This document shows, in pieces, positions 1 through 11,427 of a stretch of DNA of 64,000 nucleotides (the first letter of the stretch is position 1; the number at the start of each line of letters is the position of its first letter). Source of the DNA: Mytilus trossulus (taxonomy: Eukaryota). Made by a program: the position numbers and the translations under genes. The stretch lies in NCBI RefSeq assembly GCF_036588685.1, contig NC_086383.1, positions 12,462,001 to 12,526,000 on the forward strand, given 5' to 3'. Under the pieces are notes generated by a model. The model did not search any database. It had not been told where the DNA came from and saw nothing but the letters and a program-made list of their open reading frames with translations.

Positions 1-589
1 GGTGAGTTAGTGTACCGCACGACGTGCAACAAGGTTGTGAATGATCCAAACAATAAAATTCGACAATCTTTCCTGGATGATCTTCACAGTTTTGTACCTC
101 GCATACTTTGAATGGTGTACCGCCGGACTGCATTTCCTGAATGCTGAAAAGTTTATGCCGTGCTGATATCTTTAAGTTTTTATGATATTTCTCACATTGG
201 TCACAGAAAGCCTCTTCACAAATCGGACACCAGCTTTTCGCTTTTGTACTTTCTTTGTTAATGACACAAGAATCGCACATTTTTTCTGCCTTTTGTATTG
301 CTAGTTTATCTAACATTGAGGTAACAAAATGATTGCTTGGGAGCGATTGCGCCCATAATTCTGGCTTTTCTAATTTGTCTCCTCCTGATACGATTTTTCG
401 ACATACAGGACATGTAAATCCCTCGGTTATCTTTCCCTTTGCCACAGATGACACAATATAGGTATTAATACACGAATCACAGAAGGTATGAAGACATGGT
501 AGATACTTCGGAAGTTTGAATATTTCCAAACAAATCGTGCAAGTTAACAAATCATCGAAATGTTCAGTATCCTTAGTGGGTGTCGCCAT
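1..589 (-). CDS. TRIM-family E3 ligase copy 0; N-terminal part (RING, B-box1, B-box2), continues beyond the window start
   Basis: Manual translation from ATG at 589 ([37 protein letters not shown]...CPVC...HSQPCCTSCGTLTH) is open to the window edge and colinear with copy 1. Confidence 0.85.
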   Translation of the reverse strand, partial: MATPTKDTEHFDDLLTCTICLEIFKLPKYLPCLHTFCDSCINTYIVSSVAKGKITEGFTCPVCRKIVSGGDKLEKPELWAQSLPSNHFVTSMLDKLAIQKAEKMCDSCVINKESTKAKSWCPICEEAFCDQCEKYHKNLKISARHKLFSIQEMQSGGTPFKVCEVQNCEDHPGKIVEFYCLDHSQPCCTSCGTLTH

Positions 590-2546
590 TATCAAAATAA
601 ACTTTGACCGTTAATATACTTCCTTGTGTGCGTGTATTTATAGTCATTGACTTGGTGTATTTACCTTGTTGCAAAAAGTAGATTGGATAAATAGTTATCA
701 AAAATACCAGGATTATAATTTTATACGCCAGACGCGCGTTTCGTCTACATAAGACTCATCAGTAAACAGTATTTAAAAATATACCATTGGCAAACTTATT
801 TAAAGTACAAAAACTTCTTTCTAAAGGAAATTTACACTTTAAATTTTCTATTTTGTCAATGCTGCATTTCATCTGAACATTTGTGTGTATTTAACATCTT
901 TTAGTGGGTTTTTTTTTTCGTTGGATTTTCTTTATCGATGTTATCATTCTCAACTTTTTTAAATTATATTTTCCATCTTTCTTTGTTATGTAATTATTCA
1001 ATTCATTCCTGTTCCATGTCTTTGTAATATGCACATTTTGCCATGCTATGTTTAAGAAATTTTCAAATTTGAGTTAATCCTGTAACGAAACATATAAATA
1101 CAAGCTAGATGCAGCATGTTTCTGAATTATATTAGTACAGTGTGTTTTGTATTATGAAAAATCACTGTGATGATGACGAATAAATGTGTTTAAACAAACA
1201 ATGCTTCTTGTAAACATTATGTAAGAATATTGAACAACGAATTAACGATCTTCTCAAGAGAATTAATTTCAAAAATACAATCAACAACTCATCTAAGTCA
1301 TCGGTCTATCAAAATCTTGTAAAGGACTAATTCTGACTCGATGTTTTAAATTGTTTCAAACCTTTTATGTATAGTTTGCTATGTATACTTCAATACTAAG
1401 TCTGTGAACTATATAAACTCGTTAATGGATAGAGATTGTGTTCTTGCAATAGCTGTATTGGTGGTTCTAGTTTGAATGTATCCTTCAATTCTCATCTACT
1501 CCTCCCACAAGCACACAGTGTTAGGGGTTGATTGGACCGCAGTAAAACTTTTGATAGTAATACGATGTTGCCTTGTGAATTGGTATGTTGAAAGGTCGAC
1601 TTAGTGTGACGGTCTATATCTAGAGCAAGGCAGGAACATCTATATTTCGTGAAGATCATCCTTAATATTCATTTTAGCTTTGTTGTTGGACGTCAAGCAA
1701 CGATAAACCAATAATTCGGTACTCTGTGGTCTGTTTTTTACTGAAATATTTGTCATCATGTACCTCAAGTTATAATACATCTTTGGCTGTATATATATAT
1801 ATATATGTGTCGAGAGTTCCTGTTGAATGTGCTTTAATTTGTAATAGCGTTTTCGACGCTCAAATTTTCAAAGAATTTTTTATCACCGTGTTATAACCTA
1901 TGCTGGTGTACACTGTTAGTCATAAAGGAGTATTGTTTATAACACACTACTCTTTTTTTTCAGTAAAAATATAAATAACGAATCATCTAAAATACTAGCT
2001 CCCTCTGACACGTTTACCTTCGATTAATTCCTGTTTGGTCACGTAGATCCTCAAGTATTATATATCCTTGGTTTTCAAATATATGGTTTTGAGCGTTCCT
2101 GGTTAATCCAGGAAGATTGCTTTAAATGCACCTAATTGGTACAGTTTTATTATAATTATTTAGTATCAAATACAGTCACTTTTCTCAATTGCGACAGCAG
2201 AAATTTTTTTTTATAGTTTGCGTTCTCTATACATGTAATAAATAATATATACATGACAGTTCATGTTAAATAATTGTCATAATTCATTTTTTAGAAAATT
2301 AAAATCCTTTTTTATCATATTTATTTGTTTCTTATTTCTTATTTGTAACTGTTAATATAAATAACTTTTGGTTTTGTTATTCTTTGTTTAGCCCTTGGTT
2401 TTGATTGTTATTGTCTTATATCTTAAGGACACGTAACATCATGATGTAACTTTCTTTCTGTAGAGAAATTCTTAACTTATAAAGCTCCTAATGTATATTT
2501 TCAGGTCTCATGTTGACATTTGTGATTTATTTTCAAAAAATAGTAT
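590..2546. repeat. ~2-kb intergenic block of the TRIM tandem unit (upstream region plus 3' flank of the A-type gene); recurs at about 4485-6533, 11502-13304, 36392-38253 and 44125-46426
   Basis: Long colinear near-identical stretches (e.g. ttgttggacgtcaagcaacgataaaccaataattc) appear five times, each beside a TRIM start codon or its upstream region. Confidence 0.85.
692..762 (-). ncRNA. Truncated family-1 hammerhead (5' arm of stem I missing), inserted upstream of TRIM copy 0
   Basis: The reverse complement reads CTGATGA-GTCT tatgt AGAC-GAAAC GCGC GTC TGGCGT. The insert is absent from the paralogous upstream regions. Confidence 0.7.
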
Positions 2547-4484
2547 TTAAATAATTTCACATAGTGAGGCCTTCCCAGAGGTCAAACAGGTGACGATTAA
2601 TTTGTTGCTGCTTGGTGCAAAACGTATTGTCCATGGACTCTCAATTCCTATGGTTGTAGCCGGAATTATTCTTATTAAACTTCCTTCGTTTGTTATTTGA
2701 TGGATATTTGCAGAATTATATCCAGCGATGTATATATTGCCAACCATGTCTACTCCAATCCCTCTTGGACCTGAAAGTTTGGTGTTTGTATAGGTAAATT
2801 TTGTCGTATCACCAACTGAATAATTGACTGAATTATTACAGATACCATATATACAGTCTTGTTCTCCGAGTGATAAAACAAAGTTCGAGTTACTTGCTGT
2901 CTGTCTTTCATTTATTTTTTCTCCATATGGAAAGTTGAGCCAAGTAAGTTTGTTACTAGAACCAATTATTAATTGTTTTTCGTTGACACAGGATAATCCG
3001 TATACTTGTAAAAAAGGAAAAGTCAAAGTTTGTAACAATGTCATTTTATCACTATCAACAACAAATAATGCCTTCTTGGTAGAAGAAATGGCAACTTTTA
3101 ATTGTACTATCGCGGCAATATCCTCAGGTGCATTTGGAAGCAACAATTCTGATAGTAAGCTATTTCCATCGAATTTGTATTTTACTACTTTGTTCCTCCC
3201 ACGAATTGTAAATAGTAGATAGTTTTGTATGAAAATACCACTAGAAGGACCTCTACCTTTACATACGTCGATAACTTGCAGAATTTTGATATTTCCGGTT
3301 CGGAAGTCTATGTTGGATATCCCAAGCATACCGGTCACCTTACTATCAGGTGATTCGTCAACTTTAATAGATCCAAAGGTCTTGGTATTCTTCAAATCAG
3401 CAATAGGAGATGAAGGACTGAAAACAACCGATATTGTTTTAATATTTTTCTTTAAATTTATCATTTCTCCTGCTAGATCAGATATTTTAGGTTCCATTTT
3501 GTTAATTTCCATCAGACATTGCTGCTCGGATCCGTGGTTAAGAACACTATCGAACATGTCTTTCCAATTTTTAACGGCACTTTTGTACGATACACAAGCG
3601 TCTATTTCGTCTTTTAATTTGATACCCACTTGCTTCTTGGTTGAGGTCAACTCTACTTTCATGGTTTCTTCCATTTTGTCAATATGCTTTAAAATTTCCG
3701 TTTTCATATTAGAGACGCTTGTCTCAATCACTTCTATTGAATTATTTACATTGAATAAATTTGAGTTCCGATTTTCAATAATTTCATTAAGCTGGTCAGA
3801 GTGTTCTGTCAGTTTCTCGGATAAGTCATTAGCCGCTTTTGACTGTTTGATACCGGAAGCAGCTTCTTGAATTGAAGTAACATTTTCACATTTACGGTGT
3901 GAAAGTGTAGCGCACGACGTACAACAAGGTTGGGAATGATCCAAACAATAAAATTCTATGATCTTTCCTGTATGCTCGTCACAGCTTTGTACCTCACAAA
4001 CTTCAAAAGGTGTATCACCGGACTTCATTTCTTGAATGTTTAGAAGTTTATGTCTTGCTGACATCTTAAAGTTTTTGTGACATTTTTCGCACTGTTCACA
4101 GAACGCCTCCTCACAAATCGTACACCAGCTTTTTGCTTTTGTACTTTCTTTGTTTAACTGACACGAGTCGCACATTTTCTCTGCCTTCTGTATTGCTCGT
4201 TTATCTAACATTGAGGTAACAAAATGATTTGTAGGCAACGTGGTCGCCCATAATTCTGGCCTTTCTAATGTTTCCACTGATGATACAATTTTTCGACATA
4301 CAGGACATGTAAATCCCTCGGTTATCTTTCCCTTTTCCACAGAAGACACAATGTAGGTATTAATACACGATTCACAGAACGTATGAAGACATGGTAGATA
4401 CTTCGGAACTTTGAATGTTTCCAAACAAATCGTGCAAGTTAACAAATCATCGAAATGTGTTGTATCCTTAATAGGTGTCGCCAT
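2547..4484 (-). CDS. TRIM-family E3 ligase with NHL-like beta-propeller, copy 1 (A-type C-terminus), intact, 645 aa from ATG
   Basis: C3HC4 RING (CTIC...CLHTFCESC...CPVC), two B-boxes, coiled coil and propeller repeats (GPRGIGVDMVGNIYIAG). Single-exon ORF; the ORF track starts at a TTG, the real ATG is at 4484. Confidence 0.92.
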   Translation of the reverse strand: MATPIKDTTHFDDLLTCTICLETFKVPKYLPCLHTFCESCINTYIVSSVEKGKITEGFTCPVCRKIVSSVETLERPELWATTLPTNHFVTSMLDKRAIQKAEKMCDSCQLNKESTKAKSWCTICEEAFCEQCEKCHKNFKMSARHKLLNIQEMKSGDTPFEVCEVQSCDEHTGKIIEFYCLDHSQPCCTSCATLSHRKCENVTSIQEAASGIKQSKAANDLSEKLTEHSDQLNEIIENRNSNLFNVNNSIEVIETSVSNMKTEILKHIDKMEETMKVELTSTKKQVGIKLKDEIDACVSYKSAVKNWKDMFDSVLNHGSEQQCLMEINKMEPKISDLAGEMINLKKNIKTISVVFSPSSPIADLKNTKTFGSIKVDESPDSKVTGMLGISNIDFRTGNIKILQVIDVCKGRGPSSGIFIQNYLLFTIRGRNKVVKYKFDGNSLLSELLLPNAPEDIAAIVQLKVAISSTKKALFVVDSDKMTLLQTLTFPFLQVYGLSCVNEKQLIIGSSNKLTWLNFPYGEKINERQTASNSNFVLSLGEQDCIYGICNNSVNYSVGDTTKFTYTNTKLSGPRGIGVDMVGNIYIAGYNSANIHQITNEGSLIRIIPATTIGIESPWTIRFAPSSNKLIVTCLTSGKASLCEII

Positions 4485-4511
4485 TATCAAAATAAACTTT
4501 GACCGTTAATA

Positions 4512-4538
4512 TACTTCCTTGTGTGCGTGTATTTATAG
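4512..4538 (-). promoter_or_regulatory. Putative core promoter: TATA box (CTATAAATA) with a downstream AGGAAGT motif, about 50 nt upstream of the ATG
   Basis: The TATA sequence is conserved at the same spacing upstream of copies 0, 1, 2, 3, 4 and 6, and altered in copy 5. Confidence 0.45.
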
Positions 4539-5784
4539 TCATTGACTTGGTGTATTTACCTTGATGCAAAAGGTAGATTAGATAAGTAGTATTTAAAAAT
4601 ATACCATCGGCAAATTTATTTAAAGAACAAAAACTTCTTTCTAAAGGAGATTTACAAGTTAAATTTTCGTTTTTGTCAATGCTGAATTTCATCTGAACAT
4701 TTGTGTGTATTTAACATCTTTCAGTGGGTTATTTTTTTCGTTGGATTTTCTTTATCCATGTTATCATTCTCATTTTTTTTTAATTATATTTTCCATCTTT
4801 CTTTGTTATGTAATTATTCAATTCATTCCTGTTCCATGTCTTTGTAACATACCATGCTATGTTAAATTGGAGTTATTACTGTAAGAAAACATATAGATAT
4901 AAGCTAGATGAAGCATGTTTTTGAATTATATAAGCAATAAGTATAGTGTGTTTTATTATGGAAAATCAATGTGTGATGAAGACGTCGAATAAATATGTTT
5001 ATACAAACAATGCTTCTTGTAATTTACTTAAAACATAATGTAAGAATTGTGAACAAAAAAATAGCTTTCTTCTCAAGAGAATTAATTTCAAAAGTACAAT
5101 CGATATCAAAAACTTTTAGAGGACTAATTCTGACTTGTTGTTTTAAATTGTTTTAAACCTTTGATGTATTGTTTGCTATGTATACTTCAATACTAAATCA
5201 TCTGTGAACTATATAATCTCGTTAATGGATATAGATATTGTGTTGTTGTAGTAACTGCATTGGTGGTTCTAGTTTGTATGTATCGTTCGATTCTCATCTA
5301 CTCTTCCCGCAAGCACAAAGTGTTAAGGGTTAGTTGGACCGCAGTAAAACTGTTGATATTAACACGATGTTGCCTTGTGAATTGGTATGTTAAAAGTCGA
5401 CTTAGTATGACGGTCTAGAGCAAGGCAGGATCATTCATATTCCATGAACAGGTTATTCTCCTCAACATTAATGTTAGCTTTGTTGTTGGACGTCAAGCAA
5501 CGATAAACCAATAATTCGTTAATCTGTGGTCTGGTTTTTACTTAAATATATGTTATCATGTACCTCAAGTTATAATACATCTTTGGCTGTAAATATATGT
5601 GTCGAGAGTTTCTGTTGAATGTACTTTAATTTGTTATAGCGTTTTCGACGCTCACATTTTCAAAGATTTTTTTAGCACCGTGTTTTAATCGATGCTGGTG
5701 TGCAATGTTAGACCTAAAGGAGTATTGTTTATAACACACTCCTCTATTTCTTCAGTAAAAATATCAATTACGAATTTCCTAAAA

Positions 5785-6082
5785 CTTTGTGTGCTAACAG
5801 GAATTGTCATTGATATAGTTAAATTTATAAATTTACTGTTTACAAATGTTTGAATTTTTTGAATACTAAGGCTTTTCTCCCTCAGGCATAAATTACCTTA
5901 GCTGTATTTGGCAAAACTTAAAGGAATTGTGGTCTTCAAAGCTCTTCAACTTCGTATTTTATTTGGCCTTTTTAACTGTTTTGGATTCGATCGTCACTGA
6001 TGCGTCTTTTGTAGTCTTTTGTAGACGAAACGCGCGTCTGGCGTATATACTAAATTTAGTCCTGGTACCTATGATGAGTTTA
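5785..6082 (+). mobile_element. Partial family-1 retrozyme-like repeat with a degenerate hammerhead (5991-6044)
   Basis: Body is similar to 11053-11427. The core reads CTGATGC instead of CTGATGA and there is a 10-nt duplication in stem II. Confidence 0.7.
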
Positions 6083-6533
6083 TATTCCTCAAGACTTAGT
6101 ATTATGTATCCTTGGTTTTCAAATATATGGTTTTGACGTTCCTGGTGAAGGTTAATCCAAGAACAACGCTTTAGATGCACCTAATTGGTTCAGTTTTATT
6201 ATAAATATTTAGTATCAAATACAGTCATTTTTCTCAACAGAAACATTTTTTTTTTATATTTTGCTTTCTCTATGCATGTAAAAAAAGTATCTATACCTGA
6301 CAGTTCATGTTAAATAATTATCATCGTTTATTTTTTAGAAAATTAAAATCCGTTTTTTACGCCTTGGTTTTAATTGTTATCGTCTTATATCTTAATGACA
6401 CGTAACATCATAATGTAACCTCCTTTCTTCTGTACAGTAATTCTTAACTTATATAGCTCATTATGTATATTTTCATGTCTCATGTCAGTTTTCTCATGTT
6501 GACATTTGTGATTTATTTTTAAAAAAAAAGTAT

Positions 6534-7328
6534 TTAAATAATTTTACTTATTGATGCCTTCCAATAATCAAACAGGTAACGATAAATTTGTTGCTGTTTG
6601 GTGCAAAACGTATTGCCCATGGGCTCTCAATTCCCACGGTTGTAGCCGGAATTATTTAATTAGATTTCCTTCGTTTGTTATTGGTGGATGTTTGCAGAAT
6701 TATATCCAGAGATGTATGTATTACCAACAATGTCTACTCCAATCCCCCTTGGACCTGAAAGTTTGTTGTTTGTATAGGTAATTTTTTCTCACATAACCGA
6801 CTGAATAATTAACTGAATTCATTCTGGTACTATATATATGCGTATAGTGATAAAACAAAAAGTAAAATCACAAAAATACTGAACTTAGAGGAAAATCAAT
6901 TCGAAAAGTCCATAATCACATGGCAAAATCAAATAACAAAACGCATAAAAAACGAATGGACAAGAACTGTCATATTCCTGACTTGTTACAGGCATCTTCA
7001 AAATTAATGTAGAAAACGGTGGATTAATCTTGGTTAAACAAAGTTCGATCAAAGTTCGAGTTACTACTAGTCTGTCTTTCGTCCATTTGTTCTCCGGATG
7101 AAATGATTATCCATGTACAAAAATGTAAGTTTGTTACTAGGACCAATTATTAATTATTTTTCGTTGACACAGGATAGTCCATATAATTGTATAAATGAAA
7201 ATGTCAAAGTTTGTAACAATGTCATTTTATCACTATCCACTATATATATACTGGTAGACGAAACGGCAACTTTGAATTGTATTATGGTAGAAATATCCTG
7301 GGGTGCATTTGAACGCAACAATTGTGAC
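6534..7328 (-). pseudogene. Orphan TRIM propeller remnant A (A-type 3' end only)
   Basis: Colinear with 2547-3150 but with indels; interrupted by a ~180-bp repeat (about 6858-7035) and abutting an RTE insertion. Confidence 0.8.
6858..7035. repeat. ~180-bp interspersed repeat (aaaatcacaaaaatactgaac...ggattaa), also at about 38575-38745 and 46757-46930
   Basis: Inserted at the same site (tgataaaaca|aagttcgag) in remnants A, C and D; the site is empty in remnant B and copy 1. Confidence 0.7.
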
Positions 7329-7889
7329 CTTACCTTAACCTTAATTCTCTCCGCGCCAGAAGTCGCATAAGGCCTCCACGCTGCTTTTCCACCCTTTTCT
7401 ATCTTTAGCCGCTGTTCTGGCTACGTTCCAACTTGTCCATCCTTGTTGGTTCCTTTCTCTCTCTGTTGTTCTTCTCCATGTAGTTTTTGGCCTTCCTCTA
7501 GTTCTTTTCCCTTCAGGTGCCCATTGTAGAGCTACATAGCTGTTGTTGTCTCTTTCACGTCTTCATGTATGTCCTATCCATGTCCACCGTCTCCTTCTGA
7601 TTTCACAACTGATGTTTCTAGTGTTAGCTATTTCGTTTACTGTTTTGTTTGATGTTTTACTCTGCCATCTTATTTTTAGGATCTTTCTTAGGCATAGGTG
7701 TTCTACAGTATTAAGTTTCTTTTCTTCAATGTTTGTTAATTTCCATGTTTCGCATCCATACAATAATACAGGTCTTACTAATGATTTATAAAGGTGAATT
7801 TTTGTTTTTCGGCCAATTCCTCTTGCATACCATATATTTCTTAGGCGATGGAATGTCCCTCTTGCTTTCTGTATTCTGTTTTTGATGTC
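7329..7889 (-). mobile_element. 5'-truncated RTE-clade LINE, 3' end
   Basis: Translates to ...LVRPVLLYGCETWKL...RRRRWTWIGH...PEGKRTRGRPKTTW...; short (TAAGG)n-like tail; 11-bp TSD acaattgtgac at 7318-7328 and 7890-7900. Confidence 0.88.
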
Positions 7890-8076
7890 ACAATTGTGAC
7901 AGTAATATGATATTCAAGATTATTGAGGATAGTAATCACTCTTTTTCAGTTTTAGTTTCTTATCGCTATCTGATCTCAAATGGGAGTCATATCCAGCACT
8001 ATCTGAACGCTGCTTTACCAAACATATCATAACTTTACTTACACTATCATAACTTTACTTACACTGAAAATGACGA

Positions 8077-8120
8077 GCATCACTGAAGAGACATGTATTG
8101 TCGAAATGCGCATCTAGTGC
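8077..8120 (+). ncRNA. Minimal type I hammerhead ribozyme, family 2; predicted cleavage after C8114
   Basis: GCATCA-CTGAAGA-GACA tgtat TGTC-GAA-AT GCGC AT-C|TAGTGC, with one stem I mismatch. Confidence 0.8.
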
Positions 8121-8426
8121 AACAAAATTGGTACCGTTGATTTTATTACTACCACTGGGTCGATGCCTCTGCTGGTGGACTATTGGTCCCCGAGGGTATC
8201 ACCAGCCCAGTAGCCAGTACTTCGGTACTGGCATGAAAATACGGATTTTTTGTGTTATTAAAATTTGCTGTTACAAAATATTAGAAATTATTAAAAATTA
8301 AGGAATGTATCTCCCTCATGCAAAGCTCTGATTCCTTTCACGAATTTGGCTATACTTTTTGGACCTTTTGGATTATAGCTCTTCATCTTTTATATATGCT
8401 TTGGATTTCAAATGTTTTGGCGACGA

Positions 8427-8470
8427 GCATCACTGAAGAGACATGTATTGTCGAAATGCGCATCTGGTGC
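8427..8470 (+). ncRNA. Minimal type I hammerhead ribozyme, family 2; predicted cleavage after C8464
   Basis: Stem I GCATCA/TGGTGC, CTGAAGA core, stem II GACA/TGTC, GAAA, palindromic stem-loop III ATGCGCAT, AUC triplet. Confidence 0.88.
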
Positions 8471-8805
8471 AACAAAATTGGTACCGTTGATTTTATTACA
8501 CATGTAACAGTGTCACACAAAACATTTCAGATATTTAAATTTTTATTATAAACATTCGTAAAGTATTTTGCGATAAAGAATAAAGAAGACAATTTTTAAT
8601 CAAAATCAATTTAAGTAAGCATATAGTTCTTTAAATGTCCGAATATATTTTAATGTGTGGTTTCTTAATGTGAAAGCATATGTTAATTTCCTTGACTTTT
8701 CCTATTATACCATGTGTTTGTATCGCTTAAATAAATCACATATATGATACACGTATGGTACTTAGGTTGGTAAGTTGAAGAAAAAGATGCAATATCCATG
8801 AGGTA

Positions 8806-10746
8806 TTAAACAAATTCACATATTGTTGCTTTGCCAGAAGTCCCACACGTGACAACCATTTTGTTACTTTTCGTTGTAAAACGAATTGCCCATGGATTAA
8901 AAATTCCTACGGTTGAAGCCGGAATTTTTCTTATGAAATCTCCTTCGTTCGTTATTTGGTGGATGTTTCTAGAACTATTTGATGCAATGTATAAATTGCC
9001 CATACAGTCTACTCCTAGCCCTCTAGGATAAATAAATTCAGAGTTTGTATAAGTAAACTTTTTCGTATTGCCCACTACATAATCGACTGTAGTTCTACTG
9101 TCAGCATACATATAATCGGTCTGTGATAATGATAACACAAAGTATGACTGACCTCCAGTCGTCTTTTGATTTACTTGTTGTCCCGACGAAAGGTTTATCC
9201 ATGTGAGTGTGGAACTATCACTAATAATAAATAGTTCTTCATTGACAAAGCTTATTCCATACACTGGTATACCTGGTAAATTCAAGGTTTGTAACAATAT
9301 CATTTTATCACTATCTACTAAACATACTCCCTGCCCAGGAGACGATACTGCAACTTTGAATTGTGTTACTACTGCAATATCCTCGGGTGAACCTGGAAGT
9401 GCTAATTCTGATTGCAAACTTTTTCCTTCACTGTTATACTTCACTACTTTGTTCTTCCCACGAACTGTAAAAAGTAGAAGGTTTTGTATAAATATACCAG
9501 ATGTAGTTCCGGCACCATTACACACGTCAATAGTTTGTAGAATGTTAATTTTTCCAGTGCGGAAGTCGACTTTGTCTATCTCAAGGTTACCACTCAAAGA
9601 AATAACAGAGGATTTATCAACTTTGATACTTCCAAAAGTCTCGGCATTCCTGGTAAAATCTGCTATAAGTGAAGAAGGACTAAAAACAACTTTTACACTC
9701 TTTATATTTTTTACCAAATCTTTCACTTCTTGTTCGAGTTCTGAGATTTTAGGTTCGATTTTATTAACTTCCATCAGACATTGCTGCTCGGATCCATGTT
9801 CTAGAACACTGTCTATCACTGTTTTCCATTTTTTAACAGCGCTACTATAAGACGAAAGCAAACCAACTTCGTCTTCTATTTCTATTCCAACTTGCTTCTT
9901 GGTTGAGGTCAACTCAATTAACAGGGTTTCTTCTATTCGATCTAAATGCTTTAAAATTTCAGTTTTTATATCAGCCACTCTTGTCTTAATCTATCCTGTT
10001 GAATTCTCAACATCAGCTAAATTATTATTTCGATCATCAATAATTTCATCTAACTGAATCACGTGCTCTCTTACTTTTTGGGATAAACCAGACGCTTTCG
10101 TTGACTGTTTGATACCGGAAACGGCTTTTTGGATTGAAGTAACATTTTCACATTTACGGTGTGAAAGTGTAGCGCACGACGTGCAACAAGGTTGAGAATG
10201 ATCCAAACAATAAAATTCTATGATCTTTCCTGCATGCTCTTCACAGCTTTGTACCTCACATACTTCAAAAGGTGTATTACCGGACTGCATTTCTTGAATA
10301 TTTAGAAGTTTATGTCTTGCTGTCATCTTAAAGTTTTTGTGACATTTTTCGCACTGTTCACAGAATGCCTCCTCGCAAATAGTACACCAAGATTTTGCTT
10401 TTGTACTTTCTTTGTTTAACTGACACGAATTGCACATTTTCTCTGCCTTTTGTATTGCTCGTTTATCTAACATTGATGTTACAAAATAATTGGTAGGCAA
10501 CGAGGTCGCCCATACTTCTGGCCTTTCTAATGTTTCCACTGCTGATACAATTTTTCGACAAACAGGACATGTAAATCCCTCGGTTATCTTTCCCTTTTCC
10601 ACAGATGACATAATGTAGGTATTAATACATGTTTCACAGAATGTATGAAGACATGGTAGATACTTTGGAACTTTGAAAGTTTCCAAACAAATCGTACAAG
10701 TTAATAAATCATCGAAGTTTTCTCTGTCCTTAGTGGGTGTCGCCAT
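8806..10746 (-). pseudogene. TRIM copy 2 (B-type), full length but with a single in-frame TAG at 9991-9993
   Basis: ORFs 9991-10752 and 8806-9978 are in the same frame; paralogues have GAG (STGEIK) at the stop position. Confidence 0.88.
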
Positions 10747-11052
10747 TATCAAAATAAACTTTGACCGTTAATATATTTCCTTGTGTGCGTGTATTTATAG
10801 TTATTGACTTGGTGTATTAACCTATAGATGTGAAAGGTAAACACTTTGAGATTAACAGCCAAACGTGTACAACAACAAACTCTTCTACATACACAAGTTT
10901 TTACTAAAGGATAGGGGACAAAGGCTTTAACTGTTATGCTATTTTTAGGTCATTATAAATTATTTTTTTGTTATCTCTTATTCTGAATAGTATTTGTTGT
11001 TGGCTGTTATTGTCTTACATTTCTTATTCCTTGTAATTAGCTGTAGCCTGTA

Positions 11053-11427
11053 GGTACTTTTGATAACTATTTAAACCACTTGGTCGATGCCACCGCATGT
11101 GGACGTTTCGTCCCCGAGGGTATCACTAGACCAGTAGTCAACATTTCGGTGTTGACATGAATATAAATCATGTGGTCATATTTTATAAATTTCCTGTTTA
11201 CACAACTTTGATTTTTTTCGAAAAACTAAGGATTTTCTTATGCCAGGCATAGATTACCTTAGCCGTATTTGGAACAACTTTTTGGAATTTTGGATCCTCA
11301 ATGCTCTTCAACTTTGTACTTGTTTGGGTTTATAAAAAAATTTGATTTGAGCGTCACTGATGAGTCTTATATAGACGAAACGCGCGTCTGGCGTACTAAA
11401 TTATAACCCTGGTACCTTTGATAACTT
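11053..11427 (+). mobile_element. Family-1 retrozyme-like monomer (~358-nt period) with terminal redundancy ggtac(t/c)tttgataact
   Basis: Contains an intact hammerhead; its body is homologous to the 350-nt family-2 unit. A further fragment follows to about 11503. Confidence 0.8.
11351..11394 (+). ncRNA. Minimal type I hammerhead ribozyme, family 1; predicted cleavage after C11388
   Basis: GCGTCA-CTGATGA-GTCT tatat AGAC-GAA-AC GCGC GT-C|TGGCGT; all core nucleotides present. Confidence 0.88.

Larger units (their letters stand above)
8065..8495 (+). mobile_element. Non-LTR retrozyme-like element: 350-nt unit delimited by two family-2 hammerheads
   Basis: Direct repeat with an exact 350-nt period (cactgaagag at 8081 and 8431). 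The insert is absent from the paralogous sites near 39160 and 47575 and is flanked by ttacac. Confidence 0.85.

Noticed and set aside
8150-8236. Assigning the retrozyme body domain to HDV-like or twister ribozymes
   Set aside because: Helix order and conserved nucleotides did not match either consensus by eye; left as an unassigned structure.
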